In this document: positions 9,729 through 22,549 of the stretch, piece by piece | Layout: the number at the start of each line of letters is the position of its first letter | How positions within the stretch are numbered: the first letter of the stretch is position 1 | Source: Epithemia pelagica | Taxonomy: Eukaryota > Protista > Bacillariophyta | Length of the DNA: 64,000 bases | Direction of reading: 5' to 3' | Assembly (NCBI GenBank): GCA_946965045.2 | Contig: OX337239.1 | Span: 3,100,001-3,164,000 of the forward strand | Made by a program: the position numbers and the translations under genes | Notes under the pieces: generated by a model | Told to the model about the DNA's origin: nothing | The model's database searches: none | The model's input: only the letters and a program-made list of their open reading frames with translations

Positions 9729-10916
9729 ATGACCACGACACTGAAAGAACAAGCATGGCAGTCGGACCTTGTCCTACCGGACGACACAGCAGAATGGGAT
9801 GAAAACGATTGGCCTGCTTTTCTGGGAGGAGCGCGAGAGTATCATGCTTCGGTCGTACTTGACCATCCCGAGACGGAAAACGATAGCAACAACAGGGGGC
9901 AGACGGTCGTCGTGTTGGGAGGATATCAAACAGGCCAAGGCGAGCTCAATTCCATTCTGTTATTGAATCTGGCAGACCAAAACAAGCAGTGGCGAGAAGG
10001 GCCACCCATGAACAAGAGACGTGCTGGACATGCCACTGTTGTGTGCAACGGTCGCGTCTACGTCATGGGCGGATTCAATCGAGTAACTTTGGATTGTATT
10101 GAACGAATCGATGCCAATGATTTGCTACAATCATCCTTAACAACAACCACCACGCATGAGAGTCATTGGACGACATTGACATGTCGATTATCGACGAGAA
10201 GAAATGGATGTTGTGCTGTTGCGGTGCATGATCGATACATTGTTGTAATGGGTGGCTGTTACAACCATCGCGATTTGTCGTCGGTGGATATTATTGATAC
10301 CAACAATCACATTGTCACTGCTGGACCAAGCATGACTGTTCCTCGATCATACTGTGCCAGTGCGGTGATTGGACACCGCATCTTTGTCGTTGGAGGTTGT
10401 TATGGGCATGCCTTTCTTGACTCGGTGGAGTATTTGGACTATGCAACACCCTGTGACAAGGATGCGACAAAAAAGGAGATAGGCTCGGCGTCCATTTCTT
10501 TCTCAGCCACCTGGACCACTCATTTGGAGTTGAGGCTTTCCAATGGACGAAGGTCTTGTGCAATGGTTGCCGTCGGATCCTGTCTGACTGTGGCGGGAGG
10601 ATGGGACAATTCAACTGTGGAAGTTTTGGATACGCACCGCATCCGCGTTTGGAATCTCGCTGGAGTTCAAGAACAACGTTGGGGCTGCAGTATGGTGACT
10701 GTTGCCAATCATGTTGCCGTGATTGGTGGATGGGACAATCCTACCTGTGCGACATTTCCACTACTGGATAAGCATACTTGGTGTTTTCGTTGTCTCTGTG
10801 AGCAGCCTCGGAGGGAATGGTATTATTGTCCAGAAAGATCGGGTAACGAAGATGTTAGTGAAATAGCCTGCACCATCTCGACATCCGCTCTTAAACGATT
10901 GAGGACCAATACATGA
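9729..10916 (+). CDS. Kelch-repeat protein, copy K1 (six blades)
   Basis: Starts MTTTLKEQAW at ATG 9729; the longer ORF-finder start runs through transposon/LTR DNA. Six GG-containing kelch motifs (VVVLGG, VYVMGG, IVVMGG, IFVVGG, LTVAGG, VAVIGG). Confidence 0.9.
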   Translation: MTTTLKEQAWQSDLVLPDDTAEWDENDWPAFLGGAREYHASVVLDHPETENDSNNRGQTVVVLGGYQTGQGELNSILLLNLADQNKQWREGPPMNKRRAGHATVVCNGRVYVMGGFNRVTLDCIERIDANDLLQSSLTTTTTHESHWTTLTCRLSTRRNGCCAVAVHDRYIVVMGGCYNHRDLSSVDIIDTNNHIVTAGPSMTVPRSYCASAVIGHRIFVVGGCYGHAFLDSVEYLDYATPCDKDATKKEIGSASISFSATWTTHLELRLSNGRRSCAMVAVGSCLTVAGGWDNSTVEVLDTHRIRVWNLAGVQEQRWGCSMVTVANHVAVIGGWDNPTCATFPLLDKHTWCFRCLCEQPRREWYYCPERSGNEDVSEIACTISTSALKRLRTNT

Positions 10917-12634
10917 TGGAGGATGGCACTTGAAATGTTCAACAGGTTGCACGGCCATGAGCTTGGCAACTATATCATGACCATTATACTATCGTACAAA
11001 ACAGGACATCGTGTCCATCCTAAGTTACGCTGTGAATCATTTAAGATTATGAAAAGCTCTAAATCACTTTAACCATGCACGAGTGGCTTGCTCTGTCGAA
11101 AAAGACATTACTCTAGTTTTACTTTAGACTGCTTTCAAAAAGCAACTCCTAGTTTGGTTTGAAGGCTCCACCTTCTATAGAAGATGACCGCACATGAATT
11201 TCCTTCTGACGCCATGGCGTTTGTGGCAGTCGGATCCATGCACCATGGTGAGCAATCGTGTAGTAGATAATGAGATGTCTGCAAACCTGCGGATATCTGG
11301 CAACCACACTTGGATGAATGGCCATGGTACCGTTTCCTCGTGCTGTTGAATACTCTCTGGTCTTGATCAGAATGAATCATCTTTGAATGGAAGATGACAG
11401 TCTTTCATGGTCTCGTTTCAACTCTAAGGCAAAGAAGAAGCGGCCTGAATTGTCTCTCTTCAAGTGATGGCATATAAAGAACAAGTGACGTTTCGACCAT
11501 GACCTGATAGTTGTGGGACAGTCGGTGGGGCCATGCATTGGTAGCAACGGCGGGATCCCACAGCCAACACAGTTTGTCTTCGTTTTGTTTCCGTTGCGAT
11601 GGTAGCAGTGCAAAGTATACTTCCCCTGTTGCAGGCAGGACAAGTTTATCGTGGGTCGTCGTCGATTCCTCGTTCTTGGTGTCAATGTCTCGTTGTGGAG
11701 CAACCAATCCGTCGACGCGGTACAAATATTGGTGGTGTGCTACAATTCCCAAGACTGTGCTTCGGGTGGACCTTGTTCCAACAAGGCAACTGTTTTGGAA
11801 GTCGTCATTTGATCCACCCATTGTGATGATGATGCATCGATCGACCTGTTGTGCAAGCGACGATTGTTCTTCTTGTTGTTTGGCTGCTATTGGCGGATCA
11901 GGAAGCGCGATTTTTCACTTCTTGTCATGATCCTTGTTGAAAGAGACGGACGATTGTTACAGTGGTGTTGTTCGGATGGGTCAAGGCGAATGTTGTTGTC
12001 ACTGTTGTCCACTTCTGATTGTTCTTTGTAGAAATCGAGCATGGGTGGTTGCTACTTCTGTACTTTTGTTTTGTTATTGGGCGTGGAAGTGGGGAAACCG
12101 ACAAGTTTTACACACCACTCCACCAAGGCAATATTTTTACAGCAGAATGAGCAAGCGACAAAAAAGCACAAGCGAGGCCCCAACAAAGCCTTGTCACAAG
12201 CAGGACAGGAATGTTGATTGATTGTTCATTGTCAAGGCTGGCCTCTCTTATGTATCGTGAAATCTTTATCTAGTTTCACTCTTTTTGGCTGGAGGTCGTT
12301 TTGACGTAACAAAACTCCTGTACGTTCTCGACGCAACAGGTGGATTCAAGCGACAACTACCCCGGTCCACCTTTTGTTCCTTGCACTGTTGTGGTTTTCC
12401 ATCGAGACGACAACGTCACCCACTGGCAAATATAGCACCGGTCCCTTGGTGAACAGAGGCATCACGTCTGCCACAATCATTGGACCACATACGCGAGCAT
12501 TATACTGACAACCGGCGGAGACAGCACGAGACGGTTTTGGCTCTCCCAAAAAAACGATGATTGATGGAGTCGGTATCAATCATGACATAAGGGACCAACC
12601 TTTCCGGTCCAACCACATCCACGTGACATTCTCG

Positions 12635-13205
12635 AAAGCGGTCCAAAGAAGACGAATGCAGGCATCTGCTGCTAATCCAACACGGGAAGCGAGTCTAAAT
12701 GGGATGAACGGCATGTTCCTTCTGGTCCATCATGTCGTCGGATTCTTGTTTTTGTGTAGTTGTACTTATGGCCTTGCTGCCTCCACTATATACCCGATGC
12801 ATTCGAATCACTGGATCAAGAGAAGACCACTCTCTCTGTTGTTGTTTGTTGTCGTTGTTGTGAGCAGTCTGTAGGACCAAGGGAAGAATGGTGTTCCATA
12901 AATGGCGTTGGACGAGAGATGACTCAGAACTAGGGATATCTACCCAGTGGATGTTGGATTGTCGATCTGTGGACCTCTTCATCACAGATTGGGATGTCGA
13001 TCTCTCTCCCTCGTCTCGTCGTATCTTACACAGCAAAAGATACTTTTCTTGGGGCTTGTCATGAAATATATGTGCGACTGATTGTCCTTCATCATCGTAC
13101 GCAGGACAGGCACAACTTTCCTGGTCTCTCCTCTCCACTGTCGCTGCGATTCTCAATTGCAAAGCTGTCATTGCTCGTCGACGTGGTTGTCAAGCGCCGT
13201 TGACC
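12635..13205 (+). repeat. Segmental duplicate of the K10 upstream region (about 56917-57537)
   Basis: Colinear shared text from aaagcg.tccaaagaagacgaatgcagg to aagcgccgttgaccATG. Confidence 0.85.
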
Positions 13206-14342
13206 ATGACAACGACACTGCAAAAGCAAGCATGGCAGTCGGGCCTTGTCCTGTTAGACGAGTCACCTGAATGGAATTTCGAGCACTGGCCTCCTCTTGT
13301 GGGTGGATGGCGTGGAGGTCATACCTCGGTCGTACTGAATCATACCGATAACAACCAAGAACAAACCGTCGTCGTGTTGGGTGGACATCGAACAGGTCAA
13401 GGCGAGCTAGATTCCATTCTTGTATTAAACTTGGCAGAATCAAACAAGCAGTGGCGCGAAGGGCCACGCATGAACCAGAAACGTGATGGACATGCCGCTG
13501 TTGTGTGCAATGGAGGCATTTACGTGATGGGAGGAGACAATGGAGCACCTTTGGATTGTATCGAACAAATTGATGCCAATTATTTGCTGCATTCACCTTT
13601 AACAACAAGCAACAAACATGAGAGGCATTGGACAACATTGACATGTCGGTTATCAACGCCACGATGGGGATGTGGTGCTGTCGCGGTTCACAACCGATAC
13701 ATCGTTGTATTGGGTGGACGCAGCAATCGTTATTTGCCGTCGGTGGATATTATTGATACAAACAACCACCTAGTCACTGCGGGACCATCCATGACTGTTC
13801 CACGAGCATGGTGTGCCAGTGCGGTCATTGGACACCGCATCTTTGTCGTTGGAGGTTGGAACGAGCATGGTCGTGTTGACAATGTGGAGTATTTGTACTA
13901 TGCAACACCCTGTGACAGTGATGTGACAAAAAAGGAGATAGGCTCGACATTCATCTCTTTCTCATCCACCTGGACCACTCATTCGGAGTTGAGGCTCTCC
14001 AATGCACGAAGTTCTTGTGCAGTGGTTGCCGTGGGATCTTGTTTGGTTGTGACGGGAGGATGGGGCAATTCAACCGTGGAAGTCTTGGATATTCACCGCA
14101 ACCGCGTATGGAATCTCCCACCATTTGGAAATCACCGTGTGGGCTGCAATATGGTGACTGTTACAAATCACGTGGCCGTGATTGGTGGATGGGAGAATCC
14201 CTCCTGTACAACATTACCACTCCTGGATAGGAATTCGTGGTGTTTTCGTCGACTTTGTGAGCAGCAGCCCAATGGATGGGAGCATTCTCTTGAAGGCACG
14301 GGTATCCGAGACGCTGATATCTCACGCTTCTTCAACTCGTAA
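13206..14342 (+). CDS. Kelch-repeat protein, copy K2
   Basis: Open paralog of K1 with the same six-blade pattern; ATG at 13206. Confidence 0.9.
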   Translation: MTTTLQKQAWQSGLVLLDESPEWNFEHWPPLVGGWRGGHTSVVLNHTDNNQEQTVVVLGGHRTGQGELDSILVLNLAESNKQWREGPRMNQKRDGHAAVVCNGGIYVMGGDNGAPLDCIEQIDANYLLHSPLTTSNKHERHWTTLTCRLSTPRWGCGAVAVHNRYIVVLGGRSNRYLPSVDIIDTNNHLVTAGPSMTVPRAWCASAVIGHRIFVVGGWNEHGRVDNVEYLYYATPCDSDVTKKEIGSTFISFSSTWTTHSELRLSNARSSCAVVAVGSCLVVTGGWGNSTVEVLDIHRNRVWNLPPFGNHRVGCNMVTVTNHVAVIGGWENPSCTTLPLLDRNSWCFRRLCEQQPNGWEHSLEGTGIRDADISRFFNS

Positions 14343-14767
14343 ATGAGCAAGGCCAAATTCATGCCAAAATGATAGAGGGAATGATGAAACCTAGCCGTTT
14401 ATTTCTCGAGTGGTGGACTTGTTTTCTACATTCGATTGCAATCCTACCACCTCGTATTAAGTGTTTACTCAAAAGTAGAAAAAACCTGTTGCAAGAAAGA
14501 AGGTGCTTGTTTGTTGTCAAGGAACGACCCAATTTGTGTACCTCTACAAGTGGTACTACGCTCCGGCCATTACCTGTTACCTGTCAGTTGTGGGACAGTG
14601 CCACCACCGTGACAGTGCAGTTGTGAGACCAGAATCGGGCACTTTGTGGTGGCATCATGGCTCTCTAGATTGGTAGCTATGGCAGGGAGGCAACCAACCG
14701 ATGAGAGGAGCAGGAACACAAGCACGCCAAGCCGAACCCTTGTTGGACCTGATGTTGTCCGCTTCGA

Positions 14768-15679
14768 ATGGTCCTTCCTCGAAAGATGACAATGGGTCGA
14801 GTTTGGATAGAAGTAAGGAGGGAGGACCGTATCATATCCAATTCCGACATGATGGCCAAGAACAGGTTGTCCCTTTCAGGAGAGTCTCCACGCTCCAATC
14901 GCAATGCCTTCTTCCACCTGCTGTTGCATGTGAATCGCAATACGTTGCTGCACTTGTCATGTGATGTCAAGCCGGAATGGCCCAATGAAGATGACGAGTC
15001 CAAGAGGAACCCACCAAATCAGATCGAGGGTCGTCCCAATTGTCGCAATGGACCAGAACGAAAACAAGGAATCGAGTCTCGACGTTGCGACGAGACAGAC
15101 AGGACACCTCCCCCCACCACTACTTTCTGTCGCAGCATTGCTCGTTCAATTGCTCATGCCTGGAAACATGCCGCTCCCCATCGCGATGTCTTGCCCCTCA
15201 ATGCCAGTTCCGTCGAAACCTTGTTGCACAATTACGACAACACTATCGAACAGCATCAGTGTTGGACCTCGACCACTACATCCTTTGTGCCGCGCACCGA
15301 ACTCAGCAGCAGCACCAACAACACAACCACGACAACGAATGCCGCAGGTCATGTCTTGGTCATTATGGAAGCCTTGCCACCCCCACCGTATAAATGGATG
15401 GTCGTGTTGGAACACGAGTCGCCCGAGGCGGTTGTGTGGTCGAATGGTTTTGCTCGTCGGTGTCGGAATGGCGAAATTCGTGTGTCTGCTTCTTGTTTAT
15501 CGTGGAATCGCCCGACCATCTGTGGCTCGCTTATCACACTGATCGGGTGGAAAGTGGGTCGCTTCGACCTTTGGTGCAATCACCACAACGCTGTCCCTGG
15601 TGTGCACCAGACACCAACACGCTATGTATCAACCACTCATGTGTGTGGCTTCTGTGGTCGCCCCAGCCAATCCTGTTAG
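14768..15679 (+). CDS. Hypothetical ORF overlapping a repeated spacer module
   Basis: 303-codon ORF with a non-ATG ORF-finder start. It includes the VLPLNASSVETLLH segment that recurs, disrupted, near 29.9, 39.2 and 55.75 kb. No recognisable domain. Confidence 0.25.
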   Translation: MVLPRKMTMGRVWIEVRREDRIISNSDMMAKNRLSLSGESPRSNRNAFFHLLLHVNRNTLLHLSCDVKPEWPNEDDESKRNPPNQIEGRPNCRNGPERKQGIESRRCDETDRTPPPTTTFCRSIARSIAHAWKHAAPHRDVLPLNASSVETLLHNYDNTIEQHQCWTSTTTSFVPRTELSSSTNNTTTTTNAAGHVLVIMEALPPPPYKWMVVLEHESPEAVVWSNGFARRCRNGEIRVSASCLSWNRPTICGSLITLIGWKVGRFDLWCNHHNAVPGVHQTPTRYVSTTHVCGFCGRPSQSC

Positions 15680-16438
15680 TATCAAAAGTATAGCTCATTG
15701 TAAACTAATACATTGTCACCCGTGTTGTGGATTTGATGGTTCTTGTTGTCGTCCTTGTTTGGACTTTGGACCATGGGTCGATGGTCGACTTGTATGCAAG
15801 CACAAAAGCAGCAGAGTGTCAGGAATGATTGATGCTTTTCCACTTTCCTCATCCTCCTCTTGAGAAGAACGGCTATTGTTTCCGTTGAAAATTGTAGTGG
15901 GTCGCTGGATTCCTCGATTCTCGTGTATTGTAGTCTCCAGGGAGCGACGGCTCCAGACAGCGGCCACCTCCATGGCCATTTGTTGTGTTTGTGGTGTCAC
16001 TGGTCAGAATGACTCCCCATCGAGAGCTTTCGTATCTTCTGGGATTTGAATTCTGTTTGCTTCAAGAGATTCGAACGTGCGGGCTCCAGATCGCGCGGGA
16101 TTTTGGACGAAGTGCTCCTTTGGTCTGCTAGCCGTGCTACCTTGTAGCTATGAGGTGTGATTTTCGGAGGGCAAAAGTAACGCTATAATCTATGGCACAT
16201 TTAGTATGACAAAACCTGTGGTTGTTGTCCATCTAAAAGTTTGTACCATCCAAGAGAGCTGGTTACATGGCATACTTTGTACGCACCTTGGAATGTGGTT
16301 GTTTGTATTCGGACTTGGTTTGTAACAAGCAAAAGCTATGCTGTTCCATCCATCAGGACGCGACATGCAGCTCTTGTTTTGGAACCTGGCTCCTCGTTGC
16401 CTTAGCGACAGCCATGATATTGAATGTATACCAAATGG

Positions 16439-19400
16439 TCAGTCGCTATTGGAAGGTTTGCGTCGTTTCCTTTGCCTTGGTGAAGGATCCTGGTCCGAGG
16501 TAATCTCATCTTCGTTGGACCGGCGCTCTCGTCTATTTGACAGGGCGAGAGCGTGTTTCTGATGAATTTTGAAACAAGTGACTGCCTTTTCTGCAACCAC
16601 CTTGACGTGACCAACCAACTGTTTGTATCTGGAATCTGTTCCGTTCAAGTCCATAGTAGCAACAAAAACAAGACATTCGCTTAGGTCGAGTTCAAGAAGT
16701 CACACATGAATTATTCCTGCCGAAATTTGCGCTGCAACACTTACCATACACATTTTCGCCAGTGATTTCACAAATTTGCATGGTTGGTAGTTGGGTTGGG
16801 AACAGACCACTGAAATCATCAAGCCACTTGTTGGCGCTTCTACTAATAGGTCTATCAATTGGGTTCTTTGGCGAAACTAGAAGTGACGCACTCGCTGTAG
16901 CGGGAGAAGACGGGAGGACCCAATGACATCCTGGAAAGGCATCCACAATCACTCGACTGACACCCGTCCAGGGGCAAACAGTCTCGTTCCGCGCCAAAGC
17001 ACACAATAGCTCAGCAATACACCATTTCTTTTGAACATAGTGTGTCGATGTCACACAAACCACAACTCGCGCTGTAAGAGCGTTCGTCAACATGGTAACA
17101 AGCGGATAAGATTGGTGTCCGGCATGCATTGTTTTTTCTGCCACAAAGATATTGAGTATGTTGCCACCACCAGCCGCGATTTGCAACTGATCCTCCAAAC
17201 TGGTCACATAGTCAAACTCGAGCTCTTTTCGAACTTCCCCGGCAAACGAAATGAAAACGTGGTATTTTGGTTTTTGGTTTGCAGAAGGAACCTTGTCGAG
17301 CATCATCTTTGCCAAATCGATTCCACATGACATAATATCTTGAACTGTCTTCAATCTTTGAGGATTCAACTGTTCCAGGTCCTCTTTTCCTGATGTCATC
17401 TGAAGTCGGAGCGTATTAATCCTTCCACGAGCGTCAGATACTTTTAGGAGGCGCTTGCCAAGCTTGACAAAGCTCATTGAAGACATTGAATCTAATTCGA
17501 CGATCAGCGTTGCACCATATTCAATGGCATGCCTGAGAATTGTATCCAAACACTGCAGTTTGTTACCGATTTGCGCAACAATTTCTCCCTGTCCGCTGCT
17601 GTTCATGGTAGCCGATGGCAATTGACAGTTGCTCTTGATGACTGTACTAGCTTCTTGATTGTTTGAGACCTCCGAGCGACCGGATGCCAACAACAACGGG
17701 CGGTTGGGCGACCTGTATTGAATTGATTCCCATGTTGGACTAGTATGTGTGATCCCTGCGACCGCCTGTGCTTCTAGGTGCGGTTGATTGCTATGGCTTA
17801 CATCATAGGTAAGCCAATTGACGTTCTTTTTTAATGCTTTCGAAACCTGTTTCATATCATGATCCGACATGTTCGTATTTCCAACATCAAACAAACGCCA
17901 CCCGGAATTTTGCTGCAATGCCGTGGACAGGGAAATCATGCCATCGTCTCCAACATCAGTATGTGCCAATCGCAAGTGTCGCCATGTCTTTGATGACGTC
18001 AGAGCTTGTAACAACGCACTGAGACCAAGATCGGACATGTTCGTGAACCCGAGATCAAGAGTATGCCACGATCGACGCGCGATACCCCAAACCAAGTCGA
18101 TCACTCCTTCACCAGTGACCATTGGCATGTTGGAAACGGAAAAACTTGACCACGTGGTGTTACGAGACAACGCTATTCCTAAATCATGTGCTCCCTGTTG
18201 GCTGATCTTGATATGAGACAGATTCATACAACGCCAATCACAATTGCTCTTCATCCCATTTACCAGCGCCTTTACACCAGGATCATCAAGATCCGAATTG
18301 GCCAGGTCCAAGATTTGCCAGTTTGTGTTCCTTTGCAACATCTCCGCAATGGCATTGGCTCCGTCCTCCCCAATGTCCAGATGACTCAACGACAAACGAA
18401 ACCAATGGACATTGCCTTTTGGTCTAGATCCAAGAGCGGCTGATGCTATAGAAGCATTGGTGCTGTCAATGTTCTCTGCCGTTGCACCATCACCTTGAAT
18501 TGACTGGATCAGTCCAAGGGCTGCTAGAAACGTCAACCGTGGCGTGTGGTGAAGTGAAATGGTTCGAGGAATGGTAAACGGTCGACCGACACGGAGTGCC
18601 TCGTTCGATGGCAGCATGCACAAATCCATGGATTGCCAGCATTGTCCCAAATACTCTGCCATTTCCAGGGCATCGGTTGCTTTTTCATGATTTGTGAGGA
18701 AGAAATTTGAAATTGTTTCTTCCGTCACTCCAATTTCGTCTGGATGGTTCTCTAGCAGAAAGGGCAGGTGCTGAATGGGGTTGTTGTTCGAGTATGGAAA
18801 CCAAAGCACCAATGAGTTCCAGTTTTTCTCCAACCGTTGGAGAATGGCTGGACCAACCTTGAGCCATGACCAAACTTCTTGACCTCGCACATGTAAAACA
18901 AACCGTTCCCAGCTTGGTGACGTTTTTAGTAGATTGGCCAACATTTCCACCCCTTGGTCGGGAGTGCCATAAGGGAGACTCAAAGCAAAATATTTCCAAG
19001 AGGTTTGTCGACGGAGAGCCTCGGCTAGTATGTCGACATGTGTTGCCTTTTCTAAATCCATATCAAACACTCGCCAGACTGAGTTGCCATGCAGTGTTCT
19101 GGTAACGGATCCCAGTCCTCCATCAAAATCAGAGGGAAATGTATAGCTAAACGTTTCCCAGCATTGATTGCAACGCAAGGCATGTGACAATGCTTCCATT
19201 TCACAGTCGCGGATCCTCGGAACCCGTGTACCAAATCGTACCTCAAGTTGGAAAGATTTCCATGTTTTGTTGACACTCAAGGCTTCAACCAAGGCTTTGA
19301 CTCCATTCACAGAAGAAAACTGTATGTCCCAGAGCTCGAAGTTGGTCCATTGGGTATTTTGTTGCAGTGCTTTTGCCAGTGCTTCAACTCCTTCATCTTC

Positions 19401-19973
19401 AAGGTTCGTACTAACAAGCTCCAACTCCTGCCAAACGTGATTGTTGCCCAAAGCACCAACCAGTGCTTTCCATCCACGCGATCCAAAATTGCAGTGCTGA
19501 ATAGACAACTTCTCCCAGGACGGATTTTGATCCATAGCATTCGCGAACCGAACCGCCATTTCGTCGTCCAGGGCTTTTACGAAATACAATCTCAGCTCAG
19601 GATCTCGGTTTGTTGTCGTTTTAACAAAAACACGGGCGAGCGCTTCAATGCCCACGTCACCGATATCCGAATGGCGGAGCGACAGCTTGGACCAATCCAC
19701 ATTAGCACGTCCTCTGCCCCTGACGTCTCTATCAAAATCGAGAATGGCTTGTGCAGTGCGGTCAGTGGCTTTGGTGTTGGTCAATCTTGGCAAAAACGGT
19801 TCTTTCCCAAAGTGCTCCACCATTCGTTGTTTCATCTTGGGGCTGATCCGGGTACGTCGCAATTGATATGGATCGCATTCGTTCATTTCAGGGTTGTTTA
19901 CGTCCATTGTCGTTTCTGGAAGAGGCATGGTGCGGTCCATTGGCTCGTTGAGGTCGAAAGTCGTTGTTGTCAT
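16439..19973 (-). CDS. LRR-TIR protein (RNI-like LRR blocks, helical linker, C-terminal TIR domain, basic tail); two exons
   Basis: 1093-codon ORF 19973-16692. Repeats such as LSHLDIGEDGANAIAEML-NTNWQILDLANSDLDDPGVKAL. TIR motifs YHVFISFAG, IFVAE, VVVCVTSTHYVQKKWCIAEL. Predicted intron 16744-16636 (GTAAGT...CTAA...CAG, phase 1 at both ends) joins ENVY to DSRYKQ...RQRKRRKPSNSD, stop at 16439. Confidence 0.85.
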
Positions 19974-21179
19974 CGTTTTAATAGATATATGATTCCTATA
20001 TCATGCACAGAGAGGCCAAAAAGATCTTGTGTTCGTGATGCCATTCCAGCACCTCGGCGGGGAACATGTGAATGCGTACAATCTTCTCTATTCTGATGAG
20101 TATGCGAAGCGCGAGGAATCCTTCATGGGTCGCAGCAAAAGTCGCAACCTCCTCGCAACCTCCTGTTGTGAGGGGGTTCGGATTCTCAGACAGACAATGT
20201 CAGTTCTGTGTCGTCATCTACAGCATCGGCATAGAGTGATCCTTACATGTGACACAACACGAGACAGAAAAGGAGATAGAGAGAAGACGAAAGACGAACC
20301 ATCGTTACTGTTCGACGGCCAGACGAAGTATGTGTGGTCGACGACAATGGACGAGATGGACCGACTGTCGGTGTGTTCCACGGCTGGAAGCTTTTCAACG
20401 AACTGCGTACCTATACAGCAATCGGTCCGGTGTCCTTACCGACATGCTCGTTCGTCTTTACTTTTGTCGGTGCTTTTCGTAGAAGACGCCGAACGAGGTT
20501 CACCGTTTGCCTGCACCGTACCAAGCCATGTCAGCAGCGAATGACCTTGGCCCTTTATATTGCTTGTGTTTTTCACCACGACACACTCTACGACTAGGAC
20601 GACGCATCCCGAAATTAAATGGCGACGAAACTGACCTGAGCCTGGAATACGAGCTCCATGCTTTTCATACCCCCACTGTTTTTTCTACAGTGATTCTAAC
20701 TTCGTAGGGACACCACTACGGTCATTTTGCACTGCGTAACACCACCATGACACACTCAAGCCGGTGTGCACCTCCAACGAAAGGTGCCAGCTCTCTTGCG
20801 ACCATCAAGGATGCCTAAGAATCAAGTGTACCGTGAGGGAATGGGCGGGCAGGGATGAGTTGGCTTTTTTTATGGACCGACGGCAAGGTTTTGAAGTCTT
20901 CCTTATTTGGCATCCGAAACAGAGGAAGTGACCTTGAGAAGAAGACGACGACAACCGATAGAATGCATCCAGCAAGTCACCGATCATACGTCCGCATGCA
21001 GCAATCAACTCCTCGTTACTTTATAGACCGAGCACAACATTGGAAAGCCTCGACCGTTGGTGGCTCAAACACAACAAAAGCTGATTTGTCCAGACAAAAC
21101 AAACGTGAACCGTGGGTGGAAGGACTGCTTCTACTGCGACAGACGATGGTGGTGCCGGTGGTGCGGCTGATTCCCACAG

Positions 21180-21790
21180 CACAATTTGAGTGGAAGAAGG
21201 AGGGGATGCCGTGAAGCTGATGGGCGGTGGTCGAAGAGCCTTGCGAGTCGACAACACTCGGCAACAACAACAACAACCCAAAACCCAAACACACAACAAT
21301 CAACTACTCACTCCTCGCTGCCACCGAACGAACAACAACAACACTCGGCAACAACACTCGACAACGACACTCGGCGGCAAGACTCGGCGACAAGATGGTG
21401 TGGTCGTCCTCCTTCTTCTACCTTGCGACGAAACAATCAACTCCTCGTCTTTTCGTTGCCCTCACCCAACAAATCGAAGCCTCGTCCACTGGTGGTAACA
21501 AGCGACGACAACGACAACCACAAGCGGCTCAACTACAAATGGCGAAACAATCGGCGACGATGTCACAGCTGATCGATCGAATGAACGAAAGAACGAAAGA
21601 ACGAATGAACGACAACAACAACACTCGGCGACAACAAAAATCCAAACACAACAATCAACTACTCACCGCCACTGATCGAACGAACGAACGAATGAACAAA
21701 CAACAACAAAAACAACACTCGGCAACAACAACAACCCCCACGCAACAATCAACTTTTCGCTGTCACCGAACCCTCTGCCCGAGACTGTGC
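21180..21790 (+). repeat. CAA/CGA-rich degenerate tandem repeat region
   Basis: Recurrent ACAACACTCGGC, CACAACAATCAACTACTCA and (CGAA)n units. A similar composition resumes at 27110-27350 on the other side of LTR element 2. Confidence 0.8.
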
Positions 21791-21795
21791 CCTTC

Positions 21796-22549
21796 TAGCA
21801 GAACTCTCATTGAGAATTCAGAAGGGTAATAGGTAGTTGGGTAAAAGGCTCGCTGAGCCGACAATCGAATCACCAACCGATACAACAATCCTCCACGGGT
21901 CAGAGAAGAGTTGCAAGTCGAAGTCCGCCGTGGGTGGGGGCAGTCGGTCCACTGATAAGAGGTAAGTCTTAAGATGAGTGTTAAAATGGTGATATTAATG
22001 ATTGTGAGACGATTACTAACTAAGGTGGTTGATGGTGCCGAAGTCCTGGCTCTTGTATACGGCCATGGATCTGGTGTGATAGGTCCTCACTGGTTGGAGT
22101 AGACCGGCATTGGTGTATATTGAATGTATAGGGTGATGGATAACATGTATGGGATGCAACAGCTCTTGCTTTGTCGTGGTATAAGTCTTGTGCTGGGCGC
22201 GTTGCTGTTTGCATTCTTGGATTAGTGGGAACAGAGATATGGTCTCGCGTGATCGTGATTCGTGCTTTGATTACATAGACCGTTAGGTCGAATCGTGGAT
22301 GCGCGTACTCGGATAGTCAAGGCGCGCATTCGATGGTTTTGGGCGCGCACGTGTTGGGCCATAGTTAATATCCGAGCGGTCGCCAATAACACGTGCAATG
22401 CGAGCATGCCATGGCCAAATTTATAGTTTCGCGAGCATGCCGACATTCCTTTCTCACTATTAGGAAAATGTCATCGGATGCCATAAAATACTAGCATCAT
22501 TCGATGAGTTGTAGGTTTCGCCACCTAGCTTTCGGTGAGAATCCTAACA
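21796..22549 (-). repeat. 3' LTR of element 2
   Basis: Direct repeat of 26356-27109. Confidence 0.92.

Noticed and set aside
16692-16744. ORF-track C-terminus GKCCSANFGRNNSCVTS of the LRR-TIR protein
   Set aside because: Better explained as read-through into a GT-AG intron whose phase joins cleanly to the 16439-16635 exon.
20029-20544. 171-aa ORF divergent from the LRR-TIR gene
   Set aside because: Non-ATG ORF-finder start and no domain; probably promoter DNA.
21021-21829. Thr/Gln/Asn-rich ORFs (21186-21572, 21227-21829)
   Set aside because: Translation of low-complexity CAA/CGA repeats.
22020-22446. Identical short ORFs at 22020/26580 and 22222/26782
   Set aside because: They are duplicated only because they lie within the two LTRs.
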